Shown here in pieces: positions 30,704 to 39,897 of a stretch of DNA of 64,000 nt. The stretch comes from an uncultured Acetobacteraceae bacterium (lineage in GTDB: Bacteria > Pseudomonadota > Alphaproteobacteria > Acetobacterales > Acetobacteraceae): assembly GCA_964252005.1 (NCBI GenBank), contig CAXULX010000006.1, forward strand, positions 24,735 through 88,734, written 5' to 3'. The notes beneath the pieces were generated by a model, which saw nothing but the letters and a program-made list of their open reading frames with translations, was not told the DNA's origin and ran no database searches. Positions within the stretch are counted from its first letter, which is position 1. Each line of letters starts with the position of its first letter. Made by a program: the position numbers and the translations under genes.

Positions 30704-30783
30704 GTAGGGCGCATAAGCGGAGCGCCATGCGCCACCTGACGGTGCCAACAGGAGGCGCATGGCGCTCCGCTTATGCGTCCTAC
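30704..30783. repeat. GTAG-type REP doublet, family 1
   Basis: 30-bp arm gtagggcgcataagcggagcgccatgcgcc (30704-30733) and inverted copy 30754-30783 with one mismatch; identical arm at 63953. Confidence 0.9.
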
Positions 30784-30821
30784 GGTCCTGAGTATGCGCG
30801 TTGCAAGTTGCAAGAGGCTGC

Positions 30822-31958
30822 TCAACTCACCCGCTCGCCCTCGCGCCAGACTTGGCGGACGACCGCCATGCCCTCGTGCTCCCGCACATGCACCAGGTCG
30901 GCGCGCAGCCCCGGCTCGATCCGGCCGCGGTCGAGCAGCCCGGCCATGCGGGCGGGGTTCGCCGTCACCATGGCAACGCCCTGCGCCAGGGTAATGCCGG
31001 TCTGCGCGACGCTGGCGAAGGCGGCCTCCAGCAGGCTGGACGGCACGTAGTCGCTGGCATAGGCGTCCACCACGCCCCCCCGCACCAGCTCGGCCGCCGC
31101 GACATTGCCGGAATGCGAGCCGCCGCGCACGATGTTGGGGGCGCCGGCGATCACGTCCATGCCCCGCGCCCGCGCCTCCGACGCCGCCAGCATGGAGACG
31201 GGGAACTCGCTGATGCGGATACCGTCGGCGGCGTTCTCCGCCACCTCGTCGGCCGTGTTGTCGTCGTGGCTGGCCAGCACGATGGCGAGCGGCACGATGC
31301 GCGACAGCAGCGCCCGGCGGTTCGGGCCGCGGGTCCGGGCGCGCTGCTCCTGCAGCTCCACGATGCGGTCCTCGATCCAGGCGGGGCTGCGCCCCTCCCG
31401 CAGCCGCATGGCGCGGTAGCGGTCGAGGTTCGCGTACTGGCCGATGCCGGGGCTATGGTCCATCAGGCTGACCATGCGGACGCGGGGGTGCTCGGCGACG
31501 GGGTCGAGCAGGCCCATCATGTCGGGCGCCGGCAGCTCGCAGCGCAGGTGCAGGAAGTGCTCGGATTTCAGCAGCCCGGTGCCGGCCAGCGCGTCCAGGT
31601 CCGCCACGCCGTCGTGGAAGGTGAGCACGCGGTCCTTGTCGAAGCCGAGGTCGCCCAGGCACAGCGCGTCCAGCACCGTCGTCACCCCCGCCGCCGCGCA
31701 CTGCGCGTCGTGCGCCACCATGGCGGAGCGCGACGGCCAGCGCGCGTTGCTGCGGGGCTGCACCTGGCGCTCCAGGTTGTCGGTGTGCAGATCGACGATG
31801 CCGGGCATCAGCGTGTCGCCCGCAAGGTCCACGGCGCCCGGCGCCGTGCTGCGCTGTCCCGGCTGCACCTCCGCGATGCTCCCGCCCTCGATCACGACGG
31901 TGCCGTGCACGACCTCATTCGGCAGCACGAGGCGGGCATTGGTGAGGATCGTGGTCAT
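30822..31958 (-). CDS. phnM: Alpha-D-ribose 1-methylphosphonate 5-triphosphate diphosphatase PhnM
   Basis: PGIVDLHTDNLE, HLRCE, MDHSPG, ASHDD, GAPNIVRGGSHSGN, SDYVP. Confidence 0.95.
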   Translation of the reverse strand: MTTILTNARLVLPNEVVHGTVVIEGGSIAEVQPGQRSTAPGAVDLAGDTLMPGIVDLHTDNLERQVQPRSNARWPSRSAMVAHDAQCAAAGVTTVLDALCLGDLGFDKDRVLTFHDGVADLDALAGTGLLKSEHFLHLRCELPAPDMMGLLDPVAEHPRVRMVSLMDHSPGIGQYANLDRYRAMRLREGRSPAWIEDRIVELQEQRARTRGPNRRALLSRIVPLAIVLASHDDNTADEVAENAADGIRISEFPVSMLAASEARARGMDVIAGAPNIVRGGSHSGNVAAAELVRGGVVDAYASDYVPSSLLEAAFASVAQTGITLAQGVAMVTANPARMAGLLDRGRIEPGLRADLVHVREHEGMAVVRQVWREGERVS

Positions 31959-32172
31959 GCGGCATCCCGGTTGGGGGTGGACGGTCGGCGTGCACCGGCG
32001 CCCCGAACCGCGACGCCGCGATCAGGCACCTTGCGGACCGGTAGCTACCACGGCCGGCCGAGTCCTGCCATCAAGCGATGCCTGTGGTAAGTGAAGCCTG
32101 GGACCGCCACGAGGATAGGCGGCTGCGCCACGCGGTGCTGTAATCGGCGGGTTCCCTTGCAAGGACCCCACG

Positions 32173-32973
32173 ATGGACCTGTCTGGCTTCCAAATCACCG
32201 AGCAGCCCTATTACGAGCCGTCCGGCAACGAGGTCGGCCTCGTGGAGGCCGCGTTCCGGCAGCGCCTGCCGGTGATGCTGAAAGGCCCGACCGGCTGCGG
32301 CAAGACCCGCTTCGTCGAGCACATCGCCTGGCGGCTCGGCCGTCCACTCATCACCGTTTCCTGCCACGAGGACATGACGGCCGCGGACCTCGTGGGGCGG
32401 TTCCTGCTGACGGCCGAGGGCACGGTCTGGCACGACGGGCCGCTGACGCTCGCGGTGCGCCACGGGGCGATCTGCTACCTCGACGAGATCGTGGAGGCGC
32501 GGCAGGACACGACGGTGGTGATCCATCCGCTGGGCGACAGCCGCCGGGTGCTGCCGCTCGACCGCAAGGGGGAGCTGGTGCAGGCGCACCCGGAGTTCCA
32601 GCTCGTGATCTCCTACAACCCCGGCTACCAGAGCGCCATCAAGGACCTGAAGGAGTCGACCAAGCAGCGCTTCGTCGCGGTCGATTTCAACTACCCGGCG
32701 GCGGCCGTGGAGGCCGCGATCATCGCCCAGGAGGCCGGGATCGACGAGGCCGCCGCCTGCCGCCTCGTGCAGATCGGCGAGCGGTCGCGCCACCTGCGCG
32801 GCCATGGGCTGGAGGAGGGCGCCTCGACCCGGATGCTGATCCATGCCGGGCGGCTGCTGGCGGGCGGCGTCCCGCTGCACGACGCGGTACGCGCGGGCGT
32901 CGTGCTGCCGATCACGGACGACGCCGACATGCGGGATGCCTTGGACAACGCCATCGCCGCCTGCGCGGCATGA
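32173..32973 (+). CDS. CbbQ/NirQ/NorQ family MoxR-type AAA+ ATPase
   Basis: KGPTGCGKTRFVE, CYLDEIVEARQDTTVVIHPL, SYNPGYQ, STKQRF, STRMLIHA. Confidence 0.95.
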   Translation: MDLSGFQITEQPYYEPSGNEVGLVEAAFRQRLPVMLKGPTGCGKTRFVEHIAWRLGRPLITVSCHEDMTAADLVGRFLLTAEGTVWHDGPLTLAVRHGAICYLDEIVEARQDTTVVIHPLGDSRRVLPLDRKGELVQAHPEFQLVISYNPGYQSAIKDLKESTKQRFVAVDFNYPAAAVEAAIIAQEAGIDEAAACRLVQIGERSRHLRGHGLEEGASTRMLIHAGRLLAGGVPLHDAVRAGVVLPITDDADMRDALDNAIAACAA

Positions 32974-35219
32974 GCGCGTCGGCCGTCGCGCCGGATGATA
33001 TGGCGGCGCGGCTGCACCGGCTGCTGCGCCACCGCGACGCCTTGCGGCCCGGCTTCGAGCACGCTTGGCGACGCCTGCCGAAGCACGACGCGGCGGCCCT
33101 GGAGGACTGGGCGGCGGCGGCGGTGGAGCTGATCGAGGTCAACGCCGGGCCGGCCTGCCAGCTCGCGTTCTGGAGCGCCACGGCGGGCGGCACCGCGTCG
33201 CTGCGCGTGCAGGCCGCGAGCGGGCGGGCGGCGGCAACGGTGTGCCGGCACGCCGGGGCGCGGGCGGCCCTCGCCTGCCTGGAGGCCCTGCCGGGCGCCA
33301 TGGCGGCGGCGGGTCAGGACGAGGCGCTGCGGCGCTGGTGGCAGGGGCTGGAGCGGCTGGCGCGGGAAACCGCAGACTGCGTGGCGCCGGCCGCCCGGCA
33401 CGCGCAGCGGCTTCTGGCCGACCGGCGCGGCCGGGTGTTCGCGGACTTCGTGGCGGCCGGGCTGAAGGCGTATGCGAAAGACCCCGAGCGGCGCCGGGCG
33501 TTCTTCTCGCTCGAAGACCCCTGGGCGCGGGCGCTGCTGGCCCGGCGGCCGGACGTGCCGGGGTTCGAGGCGCTGTCGCGCCTGCTCTCCGCCTACTCGC
33601 TGGCGGTGTGGGGCGACGTGGCGACCTTGCGCGCCGGGCCGCCCTCCGACAGCCCGCGGCCACGGGCCAGCCTGGCGGGCCGGGTCGTGCTGCTGCCGGG
33701 GTCGGTCGCGGCGGACACGGAGGCGGCGGCACGGCGGCTGTACTTGGCGATGGCCGCGCACGTCGCCGCCCATCTGGCGCAGCCGCCGGTGCGCCATGCG
33801 GTCGGCCCGTTGAAGCCGTTGCAGATCGCGCTGATCGCGCTGATTGAGGATGCGCGGATCGAGGCGCTGGCGATGCGGCGCTTCCCCGGGCTGCGCCGCC
33901 TGTGGGCGCCGTTCCACGCGGCGCCGCCGGACGGGACGCGCACGGCGACCAACCTGATGGCCCGGCTGTCCCGCGCCCTGTTCGACCCGGCGCACGCGGA
34001 CCCCGACGGCTTCGTCGCGAAGGCCCGCACGCTGTTCGCAGAGGAGGCGGCGCGCGGCCTCGACGACCCGGCGCTCAGCCTGCGGGTGGGCCGCATCCTG
34101 GGGCACGACCTCGGCCAGATGCGGGTGCAGTTCAACTGCCGCGACTACGTGATCGAGCCGGAGTACCGCGACGACGGGCACCACCTCTGGGAGCCGCCGG
34201 ACGAGGCGTCCCAGGCGCTCGACCTCATGGTGCAGGCCGCCCGGGGCCGGAGCGACGCGGCGGGCGGCGACGGCGGCGAGGGCGCCGGGCGGGCGCGGGC
34301 GGCGGCGGCGGACGAGCGCGGCGCCGTCATCGCCACCTATCCCGAATGGGACGACGCCGCGGGCGTCGAGCGGCCGGACTGGACAACGCTGCGCGACGTG
34401 CCGGCCCGTCCGGCCGACCCGGCGCCGCTGCGGACGGCAATCGAGGCGCAGGCGGGCTTGTGCCGGCAGATCGCCGGGCTGGTCCGCGCCGCCGCCATCG
34501 GCCGGCCAACGCGGCTGAAGCGGCAGCCCGACGGCGACGACCTCGACATGGACGCGGCGCTCGACGCCACCATCGCGCTCCGCGCCGGCCTCACGCCGGA
34601 CACGAGGCTGTTCCGCGTCACCCGGCCGCGCAGCCGGGACCTCGCGACCATCATCATGCTCGACACCTCGGCCTCCATGGCGGCGCGGCTGGCGGACGGA
34701 CGCAGCGTGCTCGACGTGCAGCGCCTCGCGGTGTCGCTGCTGGGCGAGGCGCTGGAGCGGCGGGGCGATGCGTTCGCGCTGTGCGCCTTCGCCTCGAACG
34801 GGCGGGAGGACGTGCGGATGACCGGCCTCAAGACATTTGGCGAGCGGTTCGACGACGCCGCCCTGTCCCGCCTGGCCGGGCTGCGGCCGGGGCTTTCGAC
34901 CCGGCTGGGCACGGCGCTGCGCCACGCGCGGTCCGAGTTCGGCGGCGCGCGCGCCTGGCGCCGGCTGCTGCTGGTGCTGACGGACGGGGAGCCGTCGGAC
35001 ATCGACGTGGCCCATGGCCGGGAGCTCGTCGTCGATGCGCGGCGGGCGGCGCTCGGGCTGAAGCAGGCGGGCATCGACGTGTTCGGCGTGGTGCTGGACC
35101 CGGCGGGCGTGGGATCGGCAGCGGCGGTGTTCGGCCGCTCCAACACCATCGCGGTGCGCGACTTGGCCGAGCTGCCGGCGCGCTTGTCGGGGCTGTATTT
35201 CAGGCTGGCGCGGCGGTAG
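32970..35219 (+). CDS. CbbO/NorD-like von Willebrand factor A adaptor protein
   Basis: ATGA overlap with the AAA gene; EDARIE, YPEWD, MIDAS DTSAS, STRLGTALRHA, LTDGEPSDID; about 749 aa. Confidence 0.92.
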   Translation: MSASAVAPDDMAARLHRLLRHRDALRPGFEHAWRRLPKHDAAALEDWAAAAVELIEVNAGPACQLAFWSATAGGTASLRVQAASGRAAATVCRHAGARAALACLEALPGAMAAAGQDEALRRWWQGLERLARETADCVAPAARHAQRLLADRRGRVFADFVAAGLKAYAKDPERRRAFFSLEDPWARALLARRPDVPGFEALSRLLSAYSLAVWGDVATLRAGPPSDSPRPRASLAGRVVLLPGSVAADTEAAARRLYLAMAAHVAAHLAQPPVRHAVGPLKPLQIALIALIEDARIEALAMRRFPGLRRLWAPFHAAPPDGTRTATNLMARLSRALFDPAHADPDGFVAKARTLFAEEAARGLDDPALSLRVGRILGHDLGQMRVQFNCRDYVIEPEYRDDGHHLWEPPDEASQALDLMVQAARGRSDAAGGDGGEGAGRARAAAADERGAVIATYPEWDDAAGVERPDWTTLRDVPARPADPAPLRTAIEAQAGLCRQIAGLVRAAAIGRPTRLKRQPDGDDLDMDAALDATIALRAGLTPDTRLFRVTRPRSRDLATIIMLDTSASMAARLADGRSVLDVQRLAVSLLGEALERRGDAFALCAFASNGREDVRMTGLKTFGERFDDAALSRLAGLRPGLSTRLGTALRHARSEFGGARAWRRLLLVLTDGEPSDIDVAHGRELVVDARRAALGLKQAGIDVFGVVLDPAGVGSAAAVFGRSNTIAVRDLAELPARLSGLYFRLARR

Positions 35220-35225
35220 GGGCCA

Positions 35226-35330
35226 GTCATTTCCCGATGGGTTTCACCCATCCTACGGTATAAATCGCGTAGGATGGGTGAAACCCATCAGCAGCCGCAC
35301 ACGGGTCGATCAATGATACCGCCCGTATAA
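35226..35330 (-). mobile_element. Partial copy of MITE-like element with REP doublet (family 2)
   Basis: 35226-35328 is the reverse complement of 50453-50555 (about 94/103 by manual alignment); perfect 21-bp inverted arms 35236-35256 and 35269-35289; only one TIR retained. Confidence 0.8.
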
Positions 35331-35362
35331 GGGCCAGGGACGCCGCCCCCGGCCCTGTCGGC

Positions 35363-36400
35363 TCAGCGGTGGGTGCTGGTCTCGGACGGGATGCCCTCGA
35401 TGGGGCATTCGTCGGTGCCGATGGCGGGCCGGGTCATGGCCTCCACCATCTCCCGCGTCGCCTCGGGGTCGGCGATCCACTTCGAGTAGAAGTCGTAGGG
35501 GCAGGACGCCTCGCCCTTGTCGCCGTCGCCGGAGTTGAGCATCCCCGTGTAGCCGCGGTGCAGCAGCTTGAACAGGTGGTTCTCCGACTGCATGTTCTGC
35601 CGGGCGTCGCGGATCAGCGACTTCGACAATGCCGCGTACTGGATGCCGTTCTCCTCCGTGCCGCACTCGCCGAGCGTGCGGCCGTCGAAGCCGATGATCG
35701 AGGAGTGGCCGAAATACGAGTACACGCCGTCGAAGCCGGTGGCGTTGGCCACCGCGACATAGACGTTGTTGGCCCAGGCCATCGACTTCGACATGAGGAT
35801 CTGCTGCTCCTTCGCCGGATACATGTAGCCCTGGCAGCGGATGATCAGCTCGGCGCCCTTCATCGCGCAGTCGCGCCAGATTTCGGGGTAGTTGCCGTCG
35901 TCGCAGATGATGAGGCTCATCTTGAGGCCCTTCGGCCCCTCCGAGACGTAGGTGCAGTTGCCGGGATACCAGCCCTCGATGGGCACCCAGGGCATGATCT
36001 TGCGGTACTTTTGGACGACCTCGCCCTTGTCGCTCATGAGGATGAGGGTGTTGTACGGCGCCTTGTGGGGATGCTCCTCGTGCCGTTCGCCGGTGAGCGA
36101 GAACACGCCCCAGACCTTGGCCTTGCGGCAGGCTTCGGCGAAGATTTCGGTCTCCTCGCCGGGGATGGACGACGCCGTGTCGTACATCTCCTTGCTGTCG
36201 TACATGATCCCGTGGGTCGAGTATTCCGGGAAGATCACGAGGTCCATGCCCGGCAGGCCCCGCTTCATGCCGGTCAGCATGGTGGCGATGTTGCGCGCGT
36301 TGTCGAGCACCTCGGCCCGGGTGTGCAGGCTCGGCATCTTGTAGTTGACGACGGCGACGCCGACCGTGTCCTTGCTACTGGAAATGTCACCGTGCAGCAT
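35363..36400 (-). CDS. amiE: Aliphatic amidase AmiE (nitrilase superfamily)
   Basis: [50 protein letters not shown] (E-K-C triad). Confidence 0.96.
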   Translation of the reverse strand: MLHGDISSSKDTVGVAVVNYKMPSLHTRAEVLDNARNIATMLTGMKRGLPGMDLVIFPEYSTHGIMYDSKEMYDTASSIPGEETEIFAEACRKAKVWGVFSLTGERHEEHPHKAPYNTLILMSDKGEVVQKYRKIMPWVPIEGWYPGNCTYVSEGPKGLKMSLIICDDGNYPEIWRDCAMKGAELIIRCQGYMYPAKEQQILMSKSMAWANNVYVAVANATGFDGVYSYFGHSSIIGFDGRTLGECGTEENGIQYAALSKSLIRDARQNMQSENHLFKLLHRGYTGMLNSGDGDKGEASCPYDFYSKWIADPEATREMVEAMTRPAIGTDECPIEGIPSETSTHR

Positions 36401-36415
36401 TGCTAGCTCCTGTTG

Positions 36416-37108
36416 TTATACGGCCATATGCCGATGCACCAGCGCATCGGTCAGCTCCGCCATGTTGCCCTCCGCCACCGCCCGCCCCTTCTCCATCATC
36501 GCGAAATGGTGGCCGGCGCGGCGGGCGAAGGCGACATTCTGCTCGACCAGCACCACAGTCAGCTTCGCCTGGCTGTTGAGGCGGATGATGATGGCCTCGA
36601 TCTCCTCGACGATGCTGGGCTGAATGCCCTCCGTGGGTTCGTCGAGCAGCAGCACCTTGGGATCGGCGGCCAGCGCGCGGGCGATGGCCAGCTGCTGCTG
36701 CTGCCCGCCGGACAGCACGCCGCCGGGCCGGTCGAGGTTCTGCATGAGGTAGGGGAACAGCTCCGGCACCAGCTCCGGGATGACCCGGCGCCCGGGCCGC
36801 GCGAAGGCGCCCATCAGGATGTTCTCGCGGATCGTGAAGTCCGGGATGATCTCCCGCCCCTGCGGCACGTAGGCGATGCCGGCGCGGGCACGCCGGTACG
36901 CGGGCGCCCGGGTGATGTCGCGCCCGGCCAGGCGGATCGTGCCGGTCACGCGCTCCATCAGGCCCATGAGAGTCTTCAGCAGCGTGGTCTTGCCGACCCC
37001 GTTGCGCCCCAGGATCGCGGTGATCGCGCCCTCGGGGATGCCGAGCGACACGCCATGCAGCGCGTGGCTGCGTCCGTAGAAGGCGTCCACGGCGTCGAGC
37101 GTCAGCAT
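36416..37108 (-). CDS. UrtE-like amide/urea ABC ATP-binding protein
   Basis: GRNGVGKT, YVPQGREI, LSGGQQQQLAI, LDEPTEGIQP. Confidence 0.92.
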   Translation of the reverse strand: MLTLDAVDAFYGRSHALHGVSLGIPEGAITAILGRNGVGKTTLLKTLMGLMERVTGTIRLAGRDITRAPAYRRARAGIAYVPQGREIIPDFTIRENILMGAFARPGRRVIPELVPELFPYLMQNLDRPGGVLSGGQQQQLAIARALAADPKVLLLDEPTEGIQPSIVEEIEAIIIRLNSQAKLTVVLVEQNVAFARRAGHHFAMMEKGRAVAEGNMAELTDALVHRHMAV

Positions 37109-37854
37109 CAGTGGATGCCCTGCGAGCCCAGATAGGCGGCACGGACGCGGGGATCGGCCTCGATGGACGCCATGTCGCCCTCGGCCAGCACCTGGCCCAG
37201 ATGCATCACCGTGATGCGCTGGGCGATCTCCCGCACGAAGGCCATGTCGTGCTCGACGACGATGATGGTGTGGGTGCCGCGCAGGCTCTTGATGATGTCG
37301 GCGGTGCGCAGCGTCTCCGCCGCCGTCATGCCGGCGGTCGGCTCGTCCAGCAGCAGCAGCTTCGGGTCCTGCATGACGAGCAGGCCGAGTTCGAGCCATT
37401 GGGTCTGGCCGTGGCTCAGTGTGCCGGCCACCGTCTGCGCCTCCTCCGCAAGGCCAATGAGGTCCAGCACCTCATTGAGGCGGCGCCGGGCGGCGCGGGG
37501 CAGGCCGAAGCGCAGGTTGGCGAACACGCCGGGCTTGCCGCACCCGGCGACCTCCAGGTTGCGGCGCACCGTCAGCTCGCGGAACACGCTCGGGATCTGG
37601 AACTTGCGCCCGATGCCGGCCCGCGCGATGGCCGGCTCCTCCCAGTTGGTGATGTCGGTGTCGCGCAGGTGGACCCGGCCCTGGGTGCTCTTGGTCTTGC
37701 CGGAGATCAGGTCCATCAGCGTCGTCTTGCCCGCGCCGTTGGCGCCGAGCAGCACGCGCAGCTCCCCCTCCTCGATGACCAGCGAGACGCCATCGACCGC
37801 CTTGAACCCGGCGAACGCGACGCCCAGGCCATCCACCGTCAGCACGGCGCTCAC
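37108..37854 (-). CDS. UrtD-like amide/urea ABC ATP-binding protein
   Basis: GANGAGKT, GIGRKFQ, LSHGQTQWLE, LDEPTAGM; GTG start overlapping permease stop. Confidence 0.92.
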   Translation of the reverse strand: MSAVLTVDGLGVAFAGFKAVDGVSLVIEEGELRVLLGANGAGKTTLMDLISGKTKSTQGRVHLRDTDITNWEEPAIARAGIGRKFQIPSVFRELTVRRNLEVAGCGKPGVFANLRFGLPRAARRRLNEVLDLIGLAEEAQTVAGTLSHGQTQWLELGLLVMQDPKLLLLDEPTAGMTAAETLRTADIIKSLRGTHTIIVVEHDMAFVREIAQRITVMHLGQVLAEGDMASIEADPRVRAAYLGSQGIH

Positions 37855-38993
37855 GACGCGACCCGCTCGCTTGCGGGCCGGGCGGCGGGGGGCCGCTTGC
37901 GCCCGAAGCGCGACAGCACGGCGTCGGCGGCATCGCTCGCGAAGCCCGCGACGCCGCGGGGCAGGTATAGCACGACGAGGACGAAGATCAGGCCGATCAC
38001 CGCGCGCCACGCCTGCACGAGGGCCTGGGTCTCGCTCGCGCCCGCCTCGATGATGTTGATGCCGATGGCGCCGATGCAGGCACCGAGCAGCGAGGCGCGT
38101 CCGCCGACCGCGGCCCAGACCACCATGGTGATGGAGAACGACAGGTCCATGAAGGTGGGCGAGGCGAACTGCGCCACCACGACGTAGAGCAGGCCCGCGA
38201 CGCCGGCGATGGCCGCGGACACGGCGAAGAAGAACACCTGGTACAGCGGCACATCGAAGCCGAGGTAGCGCACCCGGTTCTGGTCGTCGCGGATCGCCTG
38301 CAGGATCAGCCCGGCCCGCGTCTCCACCAGCAGGCGCGTGGCGATCAGCGCGAGCGCCAGCGTGCCCGCCACGACGTAGTAGGTGACGACCTCGTAGGGG
38401 TCCAACTCGACGCCGAATACCGTGAGGTTGCCGAGGTCGGTCAGCCCATTGAACCCGTTGGTGAGCGGCTGCGCGTCGATCACCACGAGGCGCACCAGCA
38501 GCACCAGCGCCAGCATGATGATGGACACGAACACGCCCGAGATGCGCTTCCTGAACATGACCCAGCCGATCACGGTCGCGATCAGCACCGGCGCCAGCAC
38601 GGCCATGCCGATGCCGAACCACGGGTTCTGGAACGGGGTCCACAGGAAGGAGCCGTGGTTGATGCAGCACAGGTCGGTCTTGGCGCCGGGTTCGGCGTTC
38701 CACAGCATGAAGTCGGGCACCGGCGTCGCCGACCCCTGCTGCAGGCTGGTCGGGCTGGCCAGCTTGAGCGACATGGCCATCATGTAGGCGCCCAGGCCGA
38801 AGAACAGGCCCTGGCCCAGGTTGAGGATGCCGGCATAGCCCCAGCTCAGCGCGATGGCGACGCCGAGCAGGCCGTATACGAGGAACTTGGCGATGCGGTT
38901 GAGCCAGAACTCCTCCAGCACCAGCGGCGCGCACAGGATCAGGGCGATGAACACCGCGTAGGCGGCGTAGTCGAGCGTCCGCTTGCCCGGCAC
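37851..38993 (-). CDS. UrtC-like amide/urea ABC permease
   Basis: WGYAGILNLGQGLFFG, PDFMLWN, AIRDDQNRVRYLG, WAAVGGR. Confidence 0.9.
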   Translation of the reverse strand: MPGKRTLDYAAYAVFIALILCAPLVLEEFWLNRIAKFLVYGLLGVAIALSWGYAGILNLGQGLFFGLGAYMMAMSLKLASPTSLQQGSATPVPDFMLWNAEPGAKTDLCCINHGSFLWTPFQNPWFGIGMAVLAPVLIATVIGWVMFRKRISGVFVSIIMLALVLLVRLVVIDAQPLTNGFNGLTDLGNLTVFGVELDPYEVVTYYVVAGTLALALIATRLLVETRAGLILQAIRDDQNRVRYLGFDVPLYQVFFFAVSAAIAGVAGLLYVVVAQFASPTFMDLSFSITMVVWAAVGGRASLLGACIGAIGINIIEAGASETQALVQAWRAVIGLIFVLVVLYLPRGVAGFASDAADAVLSRFGRKRPPAARPASERVAS

Positions 38994-38996
38994 GGC

Positions 38997-39890
38997 TCAG
39001 CGCGCCTTTTGCGAGAACAGGCCGCGGGGCCGGGTCATGATGACGGCGATGACGAAGGCGAACACGACGGCGCGGGCGATGATGTCGTTCGACAGGAACG
39101 CGGTGACGCCGTTGAGCTGACCCAGCAGACCCGCCGAGAGGACGGAGCCGACCAGGCTGCCGACGCCGCCCACCACGACCACCAGGAAGGCATCGACCAC
39201 CATGGGCGTGCCCATGTCGGGGAACACGGTCTTGAAGCCCGACACCATGACGCCCGCGACGCCGGCGAGGCCCGAGCCGTAGGCGAAGGTGAGCGCGTTG
39301 ATGCGGTCCACGTCGATGCCGCAGGCGGCGGCCATGCGCGGGTTGCGCATGATGGCGCGGACCTGGATGCCGATGGAGGTGCGATACATCAGCAGCCAGG
39401 TGACGAGCGTCAGCAGCAGCGTGACCACGATGATGAAGGCGCGGAAGGCGTTGACCTGGACGCTGCCCAGCGTGAGCGCCCCGGTCAGCTCCGGCGGCAC
39501 GGCCACGTTCTGCAGCCCGGGTCCGAGGCCCGCGATGTGCAGGCCGAAGAACGAGGCGCCGAGTTCGAGCCGCACCGCCTGCTGGATCAGGATCGCGACG
39601 CCCCAGGTGGCGAGCAGGGTGTCGAGCAGCCGGCCGTACAGCCTGCGCACCACCACGCGCTCGATGGCGTAGCCAATCAGGGCGGTGGCGATGAAGGCGA
39701 GCGGGATCGCCGCCAGGATGTCGAGGTGCAGGTAGATCCGGGTCAGCACGGTGGTGTAGGCGCCGAGCATGACCATCTCGCCATGCGCCATGTTGATGAC
39801 GCCCATGGCCCCGTAGGTGATCGCCAGCCCGAGCGCCACCAGCAGCAGGACGGAGGCGAGGCTCAGGCCGATGAACACGACCTCAGCCAT
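38997..39890 (-). CDS. UrtB-like amide/urea ABC permease
   Basis: GVINMAHGE, LDTLLATWG, FLVVVVGGVG, RPRGLF. Confidence 0.9.
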   Translation of the reverse strand: MAEVVFIGLSLASVLLLVALGLAITYGAMGVINMAHGEMVMLGAYTTVLTRIYLHLDILAAIPLAFIATALIGYAIERVVVRRLYGRLLDTLLATWGVAILIQQAVRLELGASFFGLHIAGLGPGLQNVAVPPELTGALTLGSVQVNAFRAFIIVVTLLLTLVTWLLMYRTSIGIQVRAIMRNPRMAAACGIDVDRINALTFAYGSGLAGVAGVMVSGFKTVFPDMGTPMVVDAFLVVVVGGVGSLVGSVLSAGLLGQLNGVTAFLSNDIIARAVVFAFVIAVIMTRPRGLFSQKAR

Positions 39891-39897
39891 GCGTGGG

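Noticed and set aside
32091-32969. Apparent N-terminal extension making the vWA protein 1042 aa
   Set aside because: Overlaps the AAA gene in another frame; the ATGA-coupled start at 32970 is more plausible.
35236-35289. REP arms as possible CRISPR repeats
   Set aside because: Inverted pairs only, no direct repeat-spacer array, no cas genes.
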